A DNA stretch of 64,000 nt from Octopus vulgaris (taxonomy: Eukaryota), in contig OX597815.1 in NCBI GenBank assembly GCA_951406725.2, forward strand, positions 25,296,001 to 25,360,000. The letters run 5' to 3'. Below are positions 1 to 12,939 of this stretch, one piece after another. Position 1 is the stretch's first letter. The number at the start of each line of letters is the position of its first letter. Below the pieces are notes generated by a model. It searched no databases, was not told where the DNA came from, and was given only the letters and a program-made list of their open reading frames with translations. Position numbers and translations under genes: made by a program.

Positions 1-2330
1 GGATGCTAATGAACCGTGCTTCTATGGCCTTGGGATGGCTAAGAAACAACCTGACCCCAACATCAACAAGTAAACGTCTGATGTCCATCTGAATCTCAAC
101 AAGACCTACCTTATACTGCGCTCAGTCTAAACTCCAACTTTAGACTCGGATGACAAAATTAAAAATGCTTTCTACGACTCCCAACGTTAACATTTGATTC
201 AACATCCAAGTTGGTCAAGCTCACCATGTCTGGCAAGACATCCTCGGTAAACATGGGATTGGAAACTGTAATGCAAATAGATTCTTCTATCTTGGATTCT
301 GTGCAGAAAACATCCTCTTCCATCTTCCACCACACCATAAAACAACCTGGTACCATTTGAGGTCAAAACACTGGCATATTTTGGATTTTGTGCTGACAAG
401 GATCCAAGAAAAGAAGGACATGGTGATCACCAGATCCTTGCCAGGCACTGATGATTGCTGGACTAATCACTGGCTTGTGATCTCTCGTCCCAACTTTTCC
501 ATCCGTCCACCCACTCAGTATCTGAACACTCAAAAGTGCACACTGAGGTATGACTGTTGCAAATTGAAGGACCCTGTAATATCACAAGCCTTTCAAGAAG
601 CAGTTAACCAACATCTGAGGGACAGGCAGAATGGGAATCCTTCACTAAATGATTGGAACATGCTGTGTGATGCTATAACATCTGCTGCAGACAAGGTCAT
701 CAGCTACTCAAAGCATCAGAACCATGACTGGTTTGCTGAAAACAATGAAGATATCAAACATCTGACCAATAAGAAAAAGAGTAGCAGAGTGGTTGTGTGG
801 TAAGTAGCTTGTCTACCAACCACATGGTTCCGGGTTCAGTCCCACTGCGTGGCACCTTGGGCAAGTGTCTTCTACTATAGCCTCGGGCCGACCAAAGCCT
901 TGTGAGTGGATTTGGTAGACGGAAACTGAAAGAAGCCCATCGTATATATGTGTATATATATATATATATATGCGCGTGTGTGTTTGTCCCCTAGCATTGC
1001 TTGACAACCGATGCTGATGTGTTTATATCCCTGTTACTTAGCGGTTCGGCAAAAGAGACCGATAGAATAAGTACTGGGCTTACAAAAGAATAAGACCCGG
1101 GGTCGAGTTGCTCGATTAAAGGCGGTGCTCCAGCATGGCCGCAGTCAAATGACTGAAACAAGTAAAAGAGTAAAAGAGTATATTGCTTTTGAAAACAACC
1201 CAGTGAGAAGCAACAAAAAATGCAGATGTGCCAAAGGAATCTCAGAGAAATCCAGACTCCTGGTAGCAAGCAATGACTACTGCAGGGACCAAGAGAGTTT
1301 AGGCCCCATCACGTCTCTACTAGTGCCTTGAAAACTGCTGCCAGCCAAACCCTTACCACAAAAGGGATCATGCATCATAAAAGAAAACATTTCCATCTTC
1401 TCCTGAACAGCCATTCTCAAACCACAGAAGACCTCTAGAAAAACACTCGGCAGTGACCTTTCATACTATGGAACACCAAGACCACTCCAGATGACTTCAA
1501 AAATACAAACATTGTTACCATCTTCAAGAAAGGAGACCTGTCAACATACAACAACTACAGCAGTGCCTCCCTGCTCAGCATTACCAATAAGATTTTCATC
1601 AGAATTTTCCTGGATCATCAGTTGGTTGTTGTGGAAGAAGTCCTCCCAGAATCTCAACGTAGTTTTTGGCAGTCACAAGGAGTGATTGACATGATCTCCT
1701 GTGTAAAGCAACTCCTTCTAAACAGGCTTGTGAACAGCAGCAGCCACTCTTCGTAATATTCTGGGACCTTCACAAAGCCTTTAACAAGGTTTCCCAACCA
1801 GTGATGTGGTCTAGAGCCTGGCTTCCAGACCCCAGTTGAACTGTCCAACCCATGCCAGCATGGAAAATTGACGTTAAACGATGATGATGATAATGATGCT
1901 GGACTTCTTTCAGTTTCCGTCAGCCAAATCCATAAGGCTTTGGTCGGCCCAGGGCTATAGTAAAAGACACTTGCTTTGGTTGCCCAACCACTTCATCAAC
2001 CTCATCATCACACTCCATAACGGTATGGTAGGACACATTTGCATGCAGAATGCATTCTGAGCCATGCCCCATCTCCAGAGGTCTGAAACAAAGCTGTATC
2101 ATGGCTCCAACCCTGTTCTCCATCTACCTGGTGATGATGCTCAACGAGATCCCACATGATTCTCTTGGTGTTGACATCCGCTATTGCCTGGATGGTGGAC
2201 TCTTCAGTCTTGTACATCTGAGATCCAAAACTTGAACATCGAATAGCAGCATCAAGGAGTTTCAGGACACAAATGACAATGCCACCCCTACCTTCTCCAT
2301 TGCCAACCTCCAATGCTGTTCAACTCTTGT
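1..2330 (+). mobile_element. Decayed RTE-clade LINE (APE endonuclease plus RT), interrupted by SINE and templated insertions
   Basis: ORF 357-803 has the APE C-terminal motif HWHILDFVLTR..DMVITR..DDCWTNHWLV; ORF 2050-2235 has the RT motif GLKQSCIMAPTLFSIYL; many stops and frameshifts. Confidence 0.8.
779..1180 (+). mobile_element. tRNA-derived SINE (most abundant family in the window; internal (TA)n/(TG)n, GTAAAAGA tail)
   Basis: Box A-like TGTGTGGTAAG, box B-like GGTTCAGTCCC, tail AGTAAAAGAGTAAAAGAG; more than 10 copies in the window. Confidence 0.85.
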
Positions 2331-2416
2331 CACTGAGCTGCTGCAGCATAGCAAAATAGTACTACTTGGGGACTCAGGGTGATGAGGTTTTGTTGTGTAA
2401 AGGATTTGTGGAGAAA

Positions 2417-2606
2417 TCATCATCATCATCATCATCATCATTTAGTGTCCACTTTCCATGCTAGCATGGGTTGGACGGTTCAACTGGGGTCTGTGAAGTC
2501 AGAAGGCTGCATCAGGCCCAGTCAGATCTGGCTGTGTTTCTACGGCTGGATGCCCTTCCTAACGCCAACCACTCCGTGAGTGTAGTGGGTGCTTTTTACG
2601 TGCCAC
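2417..2606 (-). mobile_element. RTE LINE 3' end fragment with (GAT)n tail
   Basis: (CAT)n on + followed by the 3' UTR shared with 8870-9032, 55500-55683 and 58800-58958. Confidence 0.75.
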
Positions 2607-3485
2607 CCTGAAAGAATGGCTTTAGTTATCTGCCTTGTCGTTTCCGATGAGTTAGAGGTGATGCACATATGCTACCTGAGATAGCAAAAAAAAAAAAAAA
2701 ATAGCAGAGCTCTGACTTGAAATGCCACAGGTATAGTGAGGAGTGGTGATAGTGGTAATGGTAGCAATGGTGATGATAGTGGTGGTAGTTGTGATGATGG
2801 TGAATGCATGTTGGGTAATCACTATAGGACAACAGCTGGACAATTCAATTGTAGCAGGGACAGTTATGGTCTGGTAGAGGTTAGGTTTGTAGATGAGAAA
2901 GAGATAGAAGGTGTTTAGACTACATGTGTCAGTCAAGGGTGCATGTAGGGAATGAAACAGTTTAAAGTAGAGAGCTGAGGACTGCAAAAGATCCAGTTTG
3001 TGCACTCTACATCAGTATTGGATAAGTGACACAGCTGAGATATGGTAGACTCCATTAGATTGTATCCTTCTGCAAAGACACATCCTTGATATTACAAGCC
3101 TGCACATTTCTGAAAAGAATAATACTTAGGTTTGTGATGTCAAGGATGTCTAGTCTTTCTTAAATTTTTAGGTTATTCATAGGTGGTTGGTGAGTTTATG
3201 TGAGCTGTTTCGGTTGAGTGTTTGTTAGGTTTTCCCAGTTTCAAATTCTGGAGACTTGGCAATATTGGTATGAGTAGTTGAAGACATTGGTAATACAATA
3301 ATCCCTTCAGGTCAATGTATATTTGGTGAGATTTTTAAAATACTTTTTATATTTCCTAATTTTTTCCCCATATCTGATGAAAGGAGTGGACAAGGTTGGG
3401 TTCTCTGGAAGATCCATATCTTGTATTTTGTTTTAGTAATTCATTTTGGAAAATGCTTAACAAGTTAGACTTATTGAGCATACAT

Positions 3486-3630
3486 AGCTGTGTGGTAAGA
3501 AGCTTCCCAATCACTTAGTTCCAGGTTCAGTCCCACTGTGTGGCACCTTGGGCAAGTGCCTTTTACTATAGCCCTGGGCCGACCAAAACCTTATGAATGG
3601 ATTTGGCTGACGGAAACTGAAAGAAGTCCA
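3486..3630 (+). mobile_element. 5' half of the tRNA-derived SINE
   Basis: Homologous to 790-940, truncated by an RTE tail. Confidence 0.75.
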
Positions 3631-4738
3631 GCATCATTATCATCATCACCATTTAATGTCAATTTTCCATGCTGGCATGGGTTGGACAGTTCAACTGGGG
3701 TCTGGAAGCCAGGCTCTAGTCTGACGTGGCAGTGTTTCTACAGCTGGATGCCCTTCCTAATGCCAACCACTTCAAGAGTAAGTGGGTGTCTTTTTATATG
3801 TCACTGGCAGAGGGGGCTGGCATCAACCACTATCAGATGGTGCCTTTTATGTGCCACTGGCATGGATGCCAGTCAAGGCGGTGCTGGCATCAGTCATGTT
3901 CAGATGGTGTTTTTTACGTTCTACTGGCATAGGACTCACAACTACAATTTCCATTTGATTTGATGTTGATGTACTTGACTCAATAGGTCTCCTCAAGCAT
4001 GGCATGTCACCCTATGATCCAAGGTACTTTTGAGTGGGCTGGTTATGCAACACTGGTGTAGGTTACAGCTGTGAACTCACTTTATTTGCCAGATCTTCTC
4101 AGTCACAGCATATCTGCAGAGGTCTCAGTCTTTTGTCATTGCCTCTGTGAGGCCCAACATTCAAAGGTCATGCTTGACCACCTCATCCCATGTGTTCCTG
4201 GGTCTCCCTCTACTCCGGATTCCTTCCACTGTTTGGGAATGGTACTTCACACAGCTCTCCTCATCCATCTGTAGTAGATGACCATACCGATGCAAACATC
4301 TCTCTTGCATGCTACATCCAATGCTTCTTATGTCTAACATTTCTCTCAGGGCACTTACACTCTGTCATGTGTGCACACTGACATTACACATCCAGCGGAT
4401 CATACTAGCTTAATTTCTTTCGAGCCTACGCATGTCTTCAGCAGTCACAGCCCATGAAGCATGGTAGTTCACACATATGAATCATACAATCTACCTTTCA
4501 CTCTGAGCGAGAGGCCCTTTGTCACCAGTAGGGAGTAGAAGCTTTCTAAACTTTGCCCAGGTTATTCTTATTCTAGTGGTAAGACTCTCTGAGCACCCAC
4601 CCCCACTACTAACTTAATCCCCTAGGCAGCAGAAGCTATCAACTACTTCTAGTTTCTACTCCTGGCATGTGATGGAATCTGTTTTCTGAGCATCTGTGGT
4701 GTTATTGCCCATGTGCATCTGCTGCACACGAAAGCTGT
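3631..4738 (-). mobile_element. 5'-truncated RTE LINE (same family as 6400-9032)
   Basis: Reverse complement matches the C-terminal coding region (RVKGRLYD-like, GRGRP) and 3' UTR of the + copy; (GAT)n tail. Confidence 0.75.
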
Positions 4739-5772
4739 CTATACTAACCAATAGTGTTTCTACTTTCTTACTGCAACAGCATCTCTAATTAGTTGTTCGG
4801 TTTGTCTTTTGTTTTTTGAAAGTGCATCCTTCTTTCTGATTGCTTAACTAATGTTTTGATATTCTTAAATGTTGACGATTTGCTGTGCATCACAACATTT
4901 ATAAGAAGTTTCTTCATCTTTATTGTAACCCAAACAGCTCTTTTGAGGTAAGTTGCTGCCATACTATTGAACAATGACACCTGAATTTGACTTGATTTTC
5001 TTTTCTGCTAAGACCAATAAAAATCTTTCTCTCTAAATTTTCAAACAAGGTCATCACTAACTTGCTGGAGTTATTCTGTTTAGTTTTTGTATTCAGAAGT
5101 TTATCCTGCTGTCTTTATTTTCTCATAATATTTTAATGTTCTTTCAAATCTCTCTCTCTCCCTCCTTCCTCCCCCCTCTCTCATGTCTTCTTACTGCTAT
5201 TTCTTAAGTTAAAGCTGGCCATTGCTTTTATTTGAAGAGTTCCAGCTATAGATTATATAAAGAACCTTTTGCACGAGGTTTTTTTTCCAAACTTTCACAT
5301 TGCCTGTTCCAGTGCTGACACTCTTATACCATGCGAAAAGACCAACTAAGCTAAGAAATTTCTCTAGTTTTAATCACTCATCATTCATTCATCTAACTCG
5401 TAATACTAACATGCTGTACTTTGATTTGAAATAACTTTCAAAACTCATAACTCTTTAAATCTCTACTCTATTTTTCTACCTATTTCATAACCCATGTGTT
5501 GCCATACTTTGCTTTGATTTCCTCACAGATCTCTTTCATTCTCTCTAAAATTCGTAAACATTTTCGTCTTGTTTTATAACTTGTGTCTTTCTTGTATGTG
5601 TCATGATTTCCTCAAGAATAAAGTCTTCCAAGCCTCTCTCTTTCTGCCTCACTAGTATCTTCTTACTGCTATTTCCTGAGGTGAAGCTTGCCATTGCTTG
5701 TCTGTGATGAACCCATCCATTCCTGCTCCCACCACCTATACTGGAAATCTCTTATACTGGAAACCCCTACAG

Positions 5773-6059
5773 CAGTGCTTCTCAAACTATCTGATGTGGC
5801 ATACCAGCAGTTTTTTGTTACCAATGTACCAGGGACTGGTAATATTAATTTATATCAGAAACAATATATATAATGACTATAATAAAAGTTGATAATTTTT
5901 TTTATCATATTTATTTTTTAAATAAATAATACAGTATTACATAAGCATTTTATAAGTATTTTATAATGTTTCTTTCTTTTCTGGAAACTTGTCACGTATT
6001 GGCAGCTGATGGCTCGCAGAATGGCACCGGTCCATGGACCACCACTTTGAGTAGCACTG
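5773..6059. mobile_element. hAT (Charlie-type) MITE
   Basis: TIRs CAGTGCTTCTCAAA / TTTGAGTAGCACTG; perfect 8-bp TSD CCCTACAG (5765-5772, 6060-6067). Confidence 0.85.
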
Positions 6060-6399
6060 CCCTACAGGGCTCTGCCTTGCTTCTGTACTAGAAGACTTGC
6101 AAAGCTCCCTACTCTTCATCCGCACTTCTGCATGTGCCAAAAGATGTGTTACTTAGTAAATGAACAAACCACCTACCTCTTTATCTATAATGGTCTGACC
6201 AATAGCAGTTCATTTACTTAATTTAAACATTGACCTATTTATGTTTGCAGTAATAACACTTATATTTACAATGCCTACATTACATTCATTCCCAATAGAG
6301 GCAACAATTCTAACATGTTTGAATGATGGTAAGTTAAAGTGAGAACAGCTGATGTGACATGTCTGTTATCAGATGATCATTGAAACTTTCTTTTCAGGT

Positions 6400-9032
6400 G
6401 CTGAATACCATCTCTCCTTCCCATGTTCCCTCTGAAAGTCCCAGTTTTCAGAGTTGGCACTGTCAATGTAGACACATTGAAAGGTAGGTCTAGCGAGATT
6501 GTTGAGATGCTTGAATGGAGGCATGTTGGTGTATGTTGCATTCAAAAGGTAAGGTGGAGAGGAGCTTCAGCCAGGTTCCTCACAGGCAAGTAACATAGGT
6601 ATAAAATCTTCTGGGAAGGTAACAGCGTTGGAGTAGGCATACTTCTTACCGAGAAATGGGTGGATAAGGTCATAGATGTAGTCAGAATGTGCGATAGAGT
6701 ACTTAAGCTCAAGTTAGTCTTGCACAATAGTTTAGCAACAATTATCCCTGCCTATGCACAACAAGCAAGCCTACCAAATAAACAAAAATCCACTTTTATG
6801 ATATTCTTCTGCAGGCTACCTTAAAGACAAATGACTGATCTCATATTTGTGACTGGGGATTTCAATGGGCATGTCAGATAGTAGCCCAGTATCTTCCATA
6901 GTGTACATAGGGGCCAAGGAATTGGTTCAAGAAATGAAGAGGGAACAAGGCTACTGGAATTCTGTGATGCAAATAACATATTGATCTGCAACATCAAATT
7001 CAGGAAACCAGCCAACCACCTGATAACTTACCAATTGGGTGACTATGCTAATCAGATCAATTACATTCTCACCAGACAGTGGGATGCATGGTTGCTCCTA
7101 AATACAAAGACCATCCCCGGTGAAGAATGAAGAATGCCCCCCCTCCACACACACACAGTATAGACTTATCATTAGTGATTTTAGACTGTGGACCAGAAGG
7201 ATGCCAAGAAGCAGACCAATCTAAAAAAGAAGGATTTGGAAGCTTAAGGACCCTTCATATGATCAGAGATTTAGGGACATCCTTATTGAGAAATTTGATG
7301 AGGAGGCACTACAGACTTGTGACACAGAGGGCAACTGGGAATTCCTGTGGGACAGCTTGCTGAGTGTCACAGACCAAATCTGCAAATGGTGCAAAGTCCC
7401 ATCTAGACCTAGGGTGTTGTGGTAGTGGAAAGATGCGGTAGACAAGGCAATTAGAGCAAGATACAGGCCTGGAAGAGTTGGAGTAACAGGGAACTGTACC
7501 AGACAGCCAGAAGTGAAGCAAAAAGATAGGTATATCTAGCCAAGGAGAGAAGCAGAAAAGAAGAAATTTGTCTATGTTCAGCAATGCGAGGACCAAAGAC
7601 TTGAAGAATTCAGGATACAGTTAGGAGTCCACCAAGAATCAGTCTTCAGCCCCCTTTTGTTCATCATAGTTCTCCAGGTAATAACTGAAGAATTTAAGAT
7701 GAGCTGCTCCTCTATGCTGATGATTTGGTTCTTATAGCTGAATCACTACCAGAACTAGAGAAAAATTTCAGGTATGGAAGCAAGGTTTAGAATCGAAGGG
7801 ACTTAGAGTTAACTAAGTGAAAACCAAAGTTTTTGTAAGTAGGAAGGCAGACAAATCACAAATTCCTTCACGTAGATGGCCCTGCTTGATCTGTAGAAAA
7901 GGCGTAGGTAGAAACTCCATCAGATGTACATGGTGTAAGCTATGGATGCATAAGAGGTGCAGCAATATCAAAGGAAGGTTAACAGGAAAAATAGCGTTAG
8001 TGTGTGGAAGATGCACAGATACAAGAAACACCAAAAATGTACAGAAAATAGACTCCATCAACTATCAGGTGGGATAAGCTAGAGGTAGTAGATAGCTTGC
8101 ATTATCTAGGTGACCAAGTTAGTTGCAGAGGTGGATGCTCTGAGAGTGTAGCAGTGAGAATAAGATTAGGCTGGGCAAAGTTTCTACCTCTTCTGGCAAC
8201 AAAGGACCCCTCCCTCAGAGTGAAAGGCAGATTGTATGACGCCTGTATGCAAACAGCTATGCTACATGGCAGTGAAACATGGGTTGTGACAGCTGAGGAC
8301 ATGCATAAGCTTGAAAGAAATGAAGCCAGTTTGCTTCACTGGATGTGCAATGTCAGTGTGTATGTTCAATAGAGTATAAGCATCTTGAGAGAAAAGTTGG
8401 GCATAAGAAGCATCAGATGTGGTGTGCAAGAGATGACTGTCCTGGTATGGTCATGTGATGCATATGGACAAGGACAGTTGTGTAAAGAAGTGCCGATCTC
8501 TAACTGTAGAGGGAACATGTGGTAGAGGTAGACCCAGGAAGATATGGGATGAGATGGTGAAGTATGATCTTCAAACTTTGGGTCTCACAAAGACAATGAC
8601 TAATGACCAAGACCTTTGGCAATATGCTGTGCTTGAGAAAACCTGTCAAGCCAAGTGAAATCATAGTCCAGCTGATGCTGGTGTCATGTAACTAGTACTG
8701 ATGATGGTGGTACGTAAGAAGCACTTTTCGAGTGTTGGGCCTCATGGAGGCAATGACTGAGGCCATTGGCATTATGTCGTGCTTGAGAAGACCCATCAAG
8801 CCAAGTAAAATCGCAACCATGGCAGATACTGGTATCATGCAAATGGAACCTGAGCCGGCAGCACATAAAAGCACCCATTTCACTATCGGAGTGGTTGACG
8901 CTAGGAAGGACATCAAGCCATAGAAACCATACCAAATCAGACTGGAGTCTGGTGCAGCCTTCCAGCTTGCCATCCTTGGTCAAACCGTCCAACCCATACC
9001 AGCAGGGACAAAGGACGTTAAATGATGATGAT
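6400..9032 (+). mobile_element. Internally deleted RTE LINE: APE, partial RT with a PHD-like Cys/His finger, 3' UTR, (GAT)n tail
   Basis: APE start GTVNVDTLKGRS; RT GVHQESVFSPLLF and YADD at ~7620-7725; ORF 7817-8077 WPCLIC..CTWCKLWMHKRC..CGRC; LHGSETW; RGRPRKIW. Confidence 0.85.
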
Positions 9033-9413
9033 GAAATTCAAGTGATTCACCCAGTACTGCAGCAAAGAAATTTCAGTGCTACTTTAGTGTGTGGTCTGCC
9101 ACAGTATCTGTAGTTTATACCATGAAATGACCAGATATGGGTTAGGGTTAGGAACACTTTGAAATTACAGATAAAAAATGCAGCAGGCGATGGTGTGTTG
9201 GTGCCTTCTCATGTCTACACAAGAAATGTTCTTCATAAACTTCTACAGTGAGTCATCACTGTATTGTATTTTGGGAATGCTAAGTATCATTTTCTTATTT
9301 TTCTGTTATTTTGGAATTTTGATGTACTTCTTCATACTCGAACCATCTTTCACCTGGCAACTTTTTCAATAACTTTCTAATTAGTGACGACTCAGCTACT
9401 TCAGTAATGAAAT

Positions 9414-9790
9414 GGACTGGAAGCACTCCGTCGGTTACGACGACGAGGGTTCCGGTTGATCCGAATCAACGGAACAGTCTGCTCGTGAAATTAACGTGTA
9501 AGTGGCTGAGAACTCCACAGACACGTGTACCCTTAACGTAGTTCTCGGGGATATTCAGCGTGACACAGAGAGTGACAAGGCCGGCCCTTTGAAATACAGG
9601 TACAACAGAAACAGGAAGTAAGAGTGAGAGAAAGTTGTGGTGAAAGAGTACAGCAGGGATCACCACCATCCCTGCCGGAGCCTCGTGGAGCTTTTAGGTG
9701 TTTTCGTTCAATAAACACTCACAACGCACGGTCTGGGAATCGAAACCGCGAGTCCGCTGCCCTAACCACTGGACTATTGCGCCTCCACAT
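9414..9790 (-). mobile_element. Ceph-type tRNA-derived SINE
   Basis: tRNA-like head GGCGCAATAGTCCAGTGGTTAGGGC; near-identical to 49264-49640; 11-bp TSD AGTAATGAAAT (9403-9413, 9791-9801). Confidence 0.8.
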
Positions 9791-10442
9791 AGTAATGAAA
9801 TAAAACATTTGCCACTGCAAACTCGTTCAAGGGAAGTAACTTACTAATATGTGCTTACATTTTCTGAACAAGTCTTTCTTTCGATATACTAACAAAACAA
9901 ATTTTTATTGGAACTTTCACTTTTAAGTTTGTATATCTGGACATTCAGAAAACATATACACATACATATCGTTTGCTCAACATCAAAATCAAATAGAATA
10001 TTAATTCAATTGATTTCATAATTTTTTTTTGGTGGTTATTCCCCATGAAAACGATTTGTTTTTAACATAAAAACACAATGCATGTTTAACTGGAAAAGTT
10101 CTCTCTTGTTAAGAACTTAATATTTAACATTTCTAAACTTTTCCATTATTGCTTGAGAGAAAATAATATCTTGGAACTCTCTTTGATTTAGCCATCATTA
10201 ACCATTCTCGCGTTTGCCTTAACTTCTAAGCTACTGACTTAAATGGAACTAAGAATGCTTAGTACCTGACATAGTACAATGCCAACAGGGATATTTGATT
10301 CTGTTTAATTTACAGGTATTTCTAAATACTCAAGAAGTATTACAGGTATTTCATAAAACTCAAGAAGTTAATATCTTGTAGCAGGTGTTTCTCTACATTC
10401 AAATTACTGTTGAAGTTCACCTGAGCACTATATGCAGTAATT

Positions 10443-10489
<47 letters not shown>

Positions 10490-11045
10490 GAGTGAGAGAG
10501 CAGTTCATGCCATCAAAGTGACACTGCGGTAAAATATACGAAGCCCAATATACCCATCATGACTACCCGTCTGATAAGGGTACACCAGGCACATGCATCA
10601 CAACCATATGTGCACGCGACATGGTGATCTCATATCAAGATAAACAGCACATGACCTTGCAGGTGGGGCCCAGTTAGAATTTTCTTCAGGTTGAGTAGCC
10701 CATCCCGCTCAAAAGGTCCCTGAATAAGAGTTGTTTAAGGATGTTGAAAGAACCACCCATGTTTCCAGAGGTGAATTATTCAAACCCCAAAGAATCCCTC
10801 TCAACACATGGCTATGATGCTCCCCCACTACTTCTGCTCGTGATCAGAGATGCACATATCGTCAGCCACTAAGGGACATGCTCAACTGGTTAAGGTCAAA
10901 CAAATGACAAGCAAATCTGTGGTATTGAGCAGAATATTTGCTGTAGCCCATCTTTTATACCAAGACAAAACAATGTACATGATAACACTTCCAATCAGTT
11001 AAGATCAGAAGCCATGAGAGCCACTGCCTGGTACTGCATCAGAGC

Positions 11046-11050
<5 letters not shown>
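10490..11050. mobile_element. Non-coding ~560-bp element inserted in an (ATT)n microsatellite (possibly a Dong/R4-dependent non-autonomous element)
   Basis: Sharply bounded by (ATT)n on both sides (10446-10489, 11049-11083); Dong-group R4 elements are known to target (TAA)n; family call is inference. Confidence 0.5.
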
Positions 11051-11086
<36 letters not shown>

Positions 11087-12901
11087 TACCTCATTTAGAT
11101 TCCCAGTTTAGAACCACAGCCTATTTATGTTTCCATAACAGGCATGACCAACTCTGTGAACTTAATCATATTGCCATAAAAAGCATGAACATCATGTAAA
11201 CTTTTATTGACCAATTAGTATTGGTTGGCATGTTGCAACATTAAAAAAAAAAAGTTATCTACATTCTCGTCAAATTGTATTTCCGAAGTATTTTAGAAGT
11301 TTTGACCCGGGTTTAAAAATGTTAGAGTATTGAACCTTCAAACAGAGCCATTTTAGATGGTGCATGGAATTTTATACCTTTGTTGTCTCTTTTTTTTTCT
11401 ACTTGTTCTTGCATAACATACCTTGTATGTTGGCATTATGTTTGAGAAAGAGTAATCAATCTTTTGCTATAATGCCAACTTACATACATGTCTATATACA
11501 TGCAAATATCTTTTCATATAATTATCTGCTTATTCTGTTTATAATTCATCATTATCACCATTATCATTGTTTTAATGCCCACTTTTCCATGCATGGAGAG
11601 ACAGAATTCATTAAGGGAGATGTCCTTCCTGTTGTCAACCCTTACCTGTTTCCAAGTAAAATAATATTTCCCCTTAGCCAGACATGATTTTCACAGAAGA
11701 TTGGGAAAAAAACAACATTATTTGTGACATGAAGCAAAGACAAGGGTACACACACACACTCACACACACACACGCACACAAATATAAAAGAAAAAACAAG
11801 ACTCGTGGTTTGCATTTGAAATTGTGCATTTTCTCGTATAGAAACATATCCAGAGAACAGAGACTTTGGTTGGAAGTCTCAAAATTCATTATTTTCAGAG
11901 AAGGGATGATTTTAGTTGTTTTTGCTTTCCAAGCTGAACATCACTCTTTAGGCGTTGAACTCCTAATAAAATTTACAAACAGTCACCAGGCACAGAGTGT
12001 GGGATTGTTTTAAAAACCTTTACTAGTTCAACAAATACAAAACAGCTGTATCTTCTATCTTCTTTGCCAAATACTTCCTATCAATTGCTTCATCTAGGGT
12101 ATTACCCCTGAGTCTCTTTACTACCAAATTTCTCTCAAGAATATCAAATTTTTACCAGAAATGTCTTATAGAAAACGTATATAATCCAAAATCAAATTGC
12201 AATAGTCTCTTAAAGGAAAGAATTTATATATGTATAATTTATTTTATATTTTATTTATTTTAGAATCAAAATAATGGCAGCAACAATGATGGCAATTGTG
12301 GCAGTAGTTTTCAGCCACACAGGTGAAGATGTATGGGAAACAACTTTGAGAGTGATTAAATTACTCTGCTATTAAGAAAATTGGATCTTCACAATTAGGT
12401 GGTGATGAAGTTCACTTCACAATTATATAGTTCTGTACTAAGGCAAACATCTTCTACTATTGTCTTAGGCTGACTAATACTGTGATAGATGGAAATTGTG
12501 CTGAAACCTGTCAATATGTATATGTAGAGATCAATAAAATAAGTATCAGGATTTGTTGCAATCACGGTTGTGCTCAAGCATGACCTTGGCCTAATAACTG
12601 AAACTCGTGAAGAAGTAATATGAATAAAAGTGAATATAGCAGTCTATTTATAATTTAGACGGTAATATATATTTGATGTGTCCCTAAATGTTTCGTTTTC
12701 TATAAAGAAGTTTCATTTCAGACCCTTTGCCAAATAAATAAAAAGTTGTGATGTTTAAAATTTTCAAAAATGAAGTGAATTTTCAACCCAAAAATAAAGT
12801 TTGCTACAAAAATACCTGAATTCTTCCTCTGGCACTATACATATAGCTCCTGCACGTATTTTTTTCTCTCCTTGTTTCTCTCCGTGTTTCTTTTCTGTGT
12901 A

Positions 12902-12939
12902 TCTTTCTGTTGAAGAGCGTAGGCTCGAAACGTAAAAGA
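12902..12939 (+). ncRNA. Minimal type-I hammerhead ribozyme motif (family 1, core variant CUGUUGA)
   Basis: TCTTT-CTGTTGA-A-GAGC-GTAG-GCTC-GAAAC-GTA-AAAGA: 5-bp stem I, 4-bp stem II, loopless palindromic stem III; lies in a ~190-bp repeat related to 45060-45240. Confidence 0.6.

Noticed and set aside
2736-2918. Gly/Ser/Asp-rich ORF and His-rich antisense ORFs
   Set aside because: Degenerate (GGT/GAT)n simple repeat
3370-3420. CTGATGA with a possible stem II (also 50464-50500 and ~47800-47866)
   Set aside because: GAAA and/or cleavage triplet not intact; may be decayed hammerheads but cannot be supported individually
10630-10700. Possible HDV-like ribozyme in the (ATT)n-embedded element
   Set aside because: Could not build P1.1/P2/J4-2 pairings by eye
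12264-12322. Possible + strand mini-exon (TTTTAG ... CAG|GTGAAG)
   Set aside because: Low-complexity peptide, weak donor, no partner exon or homology
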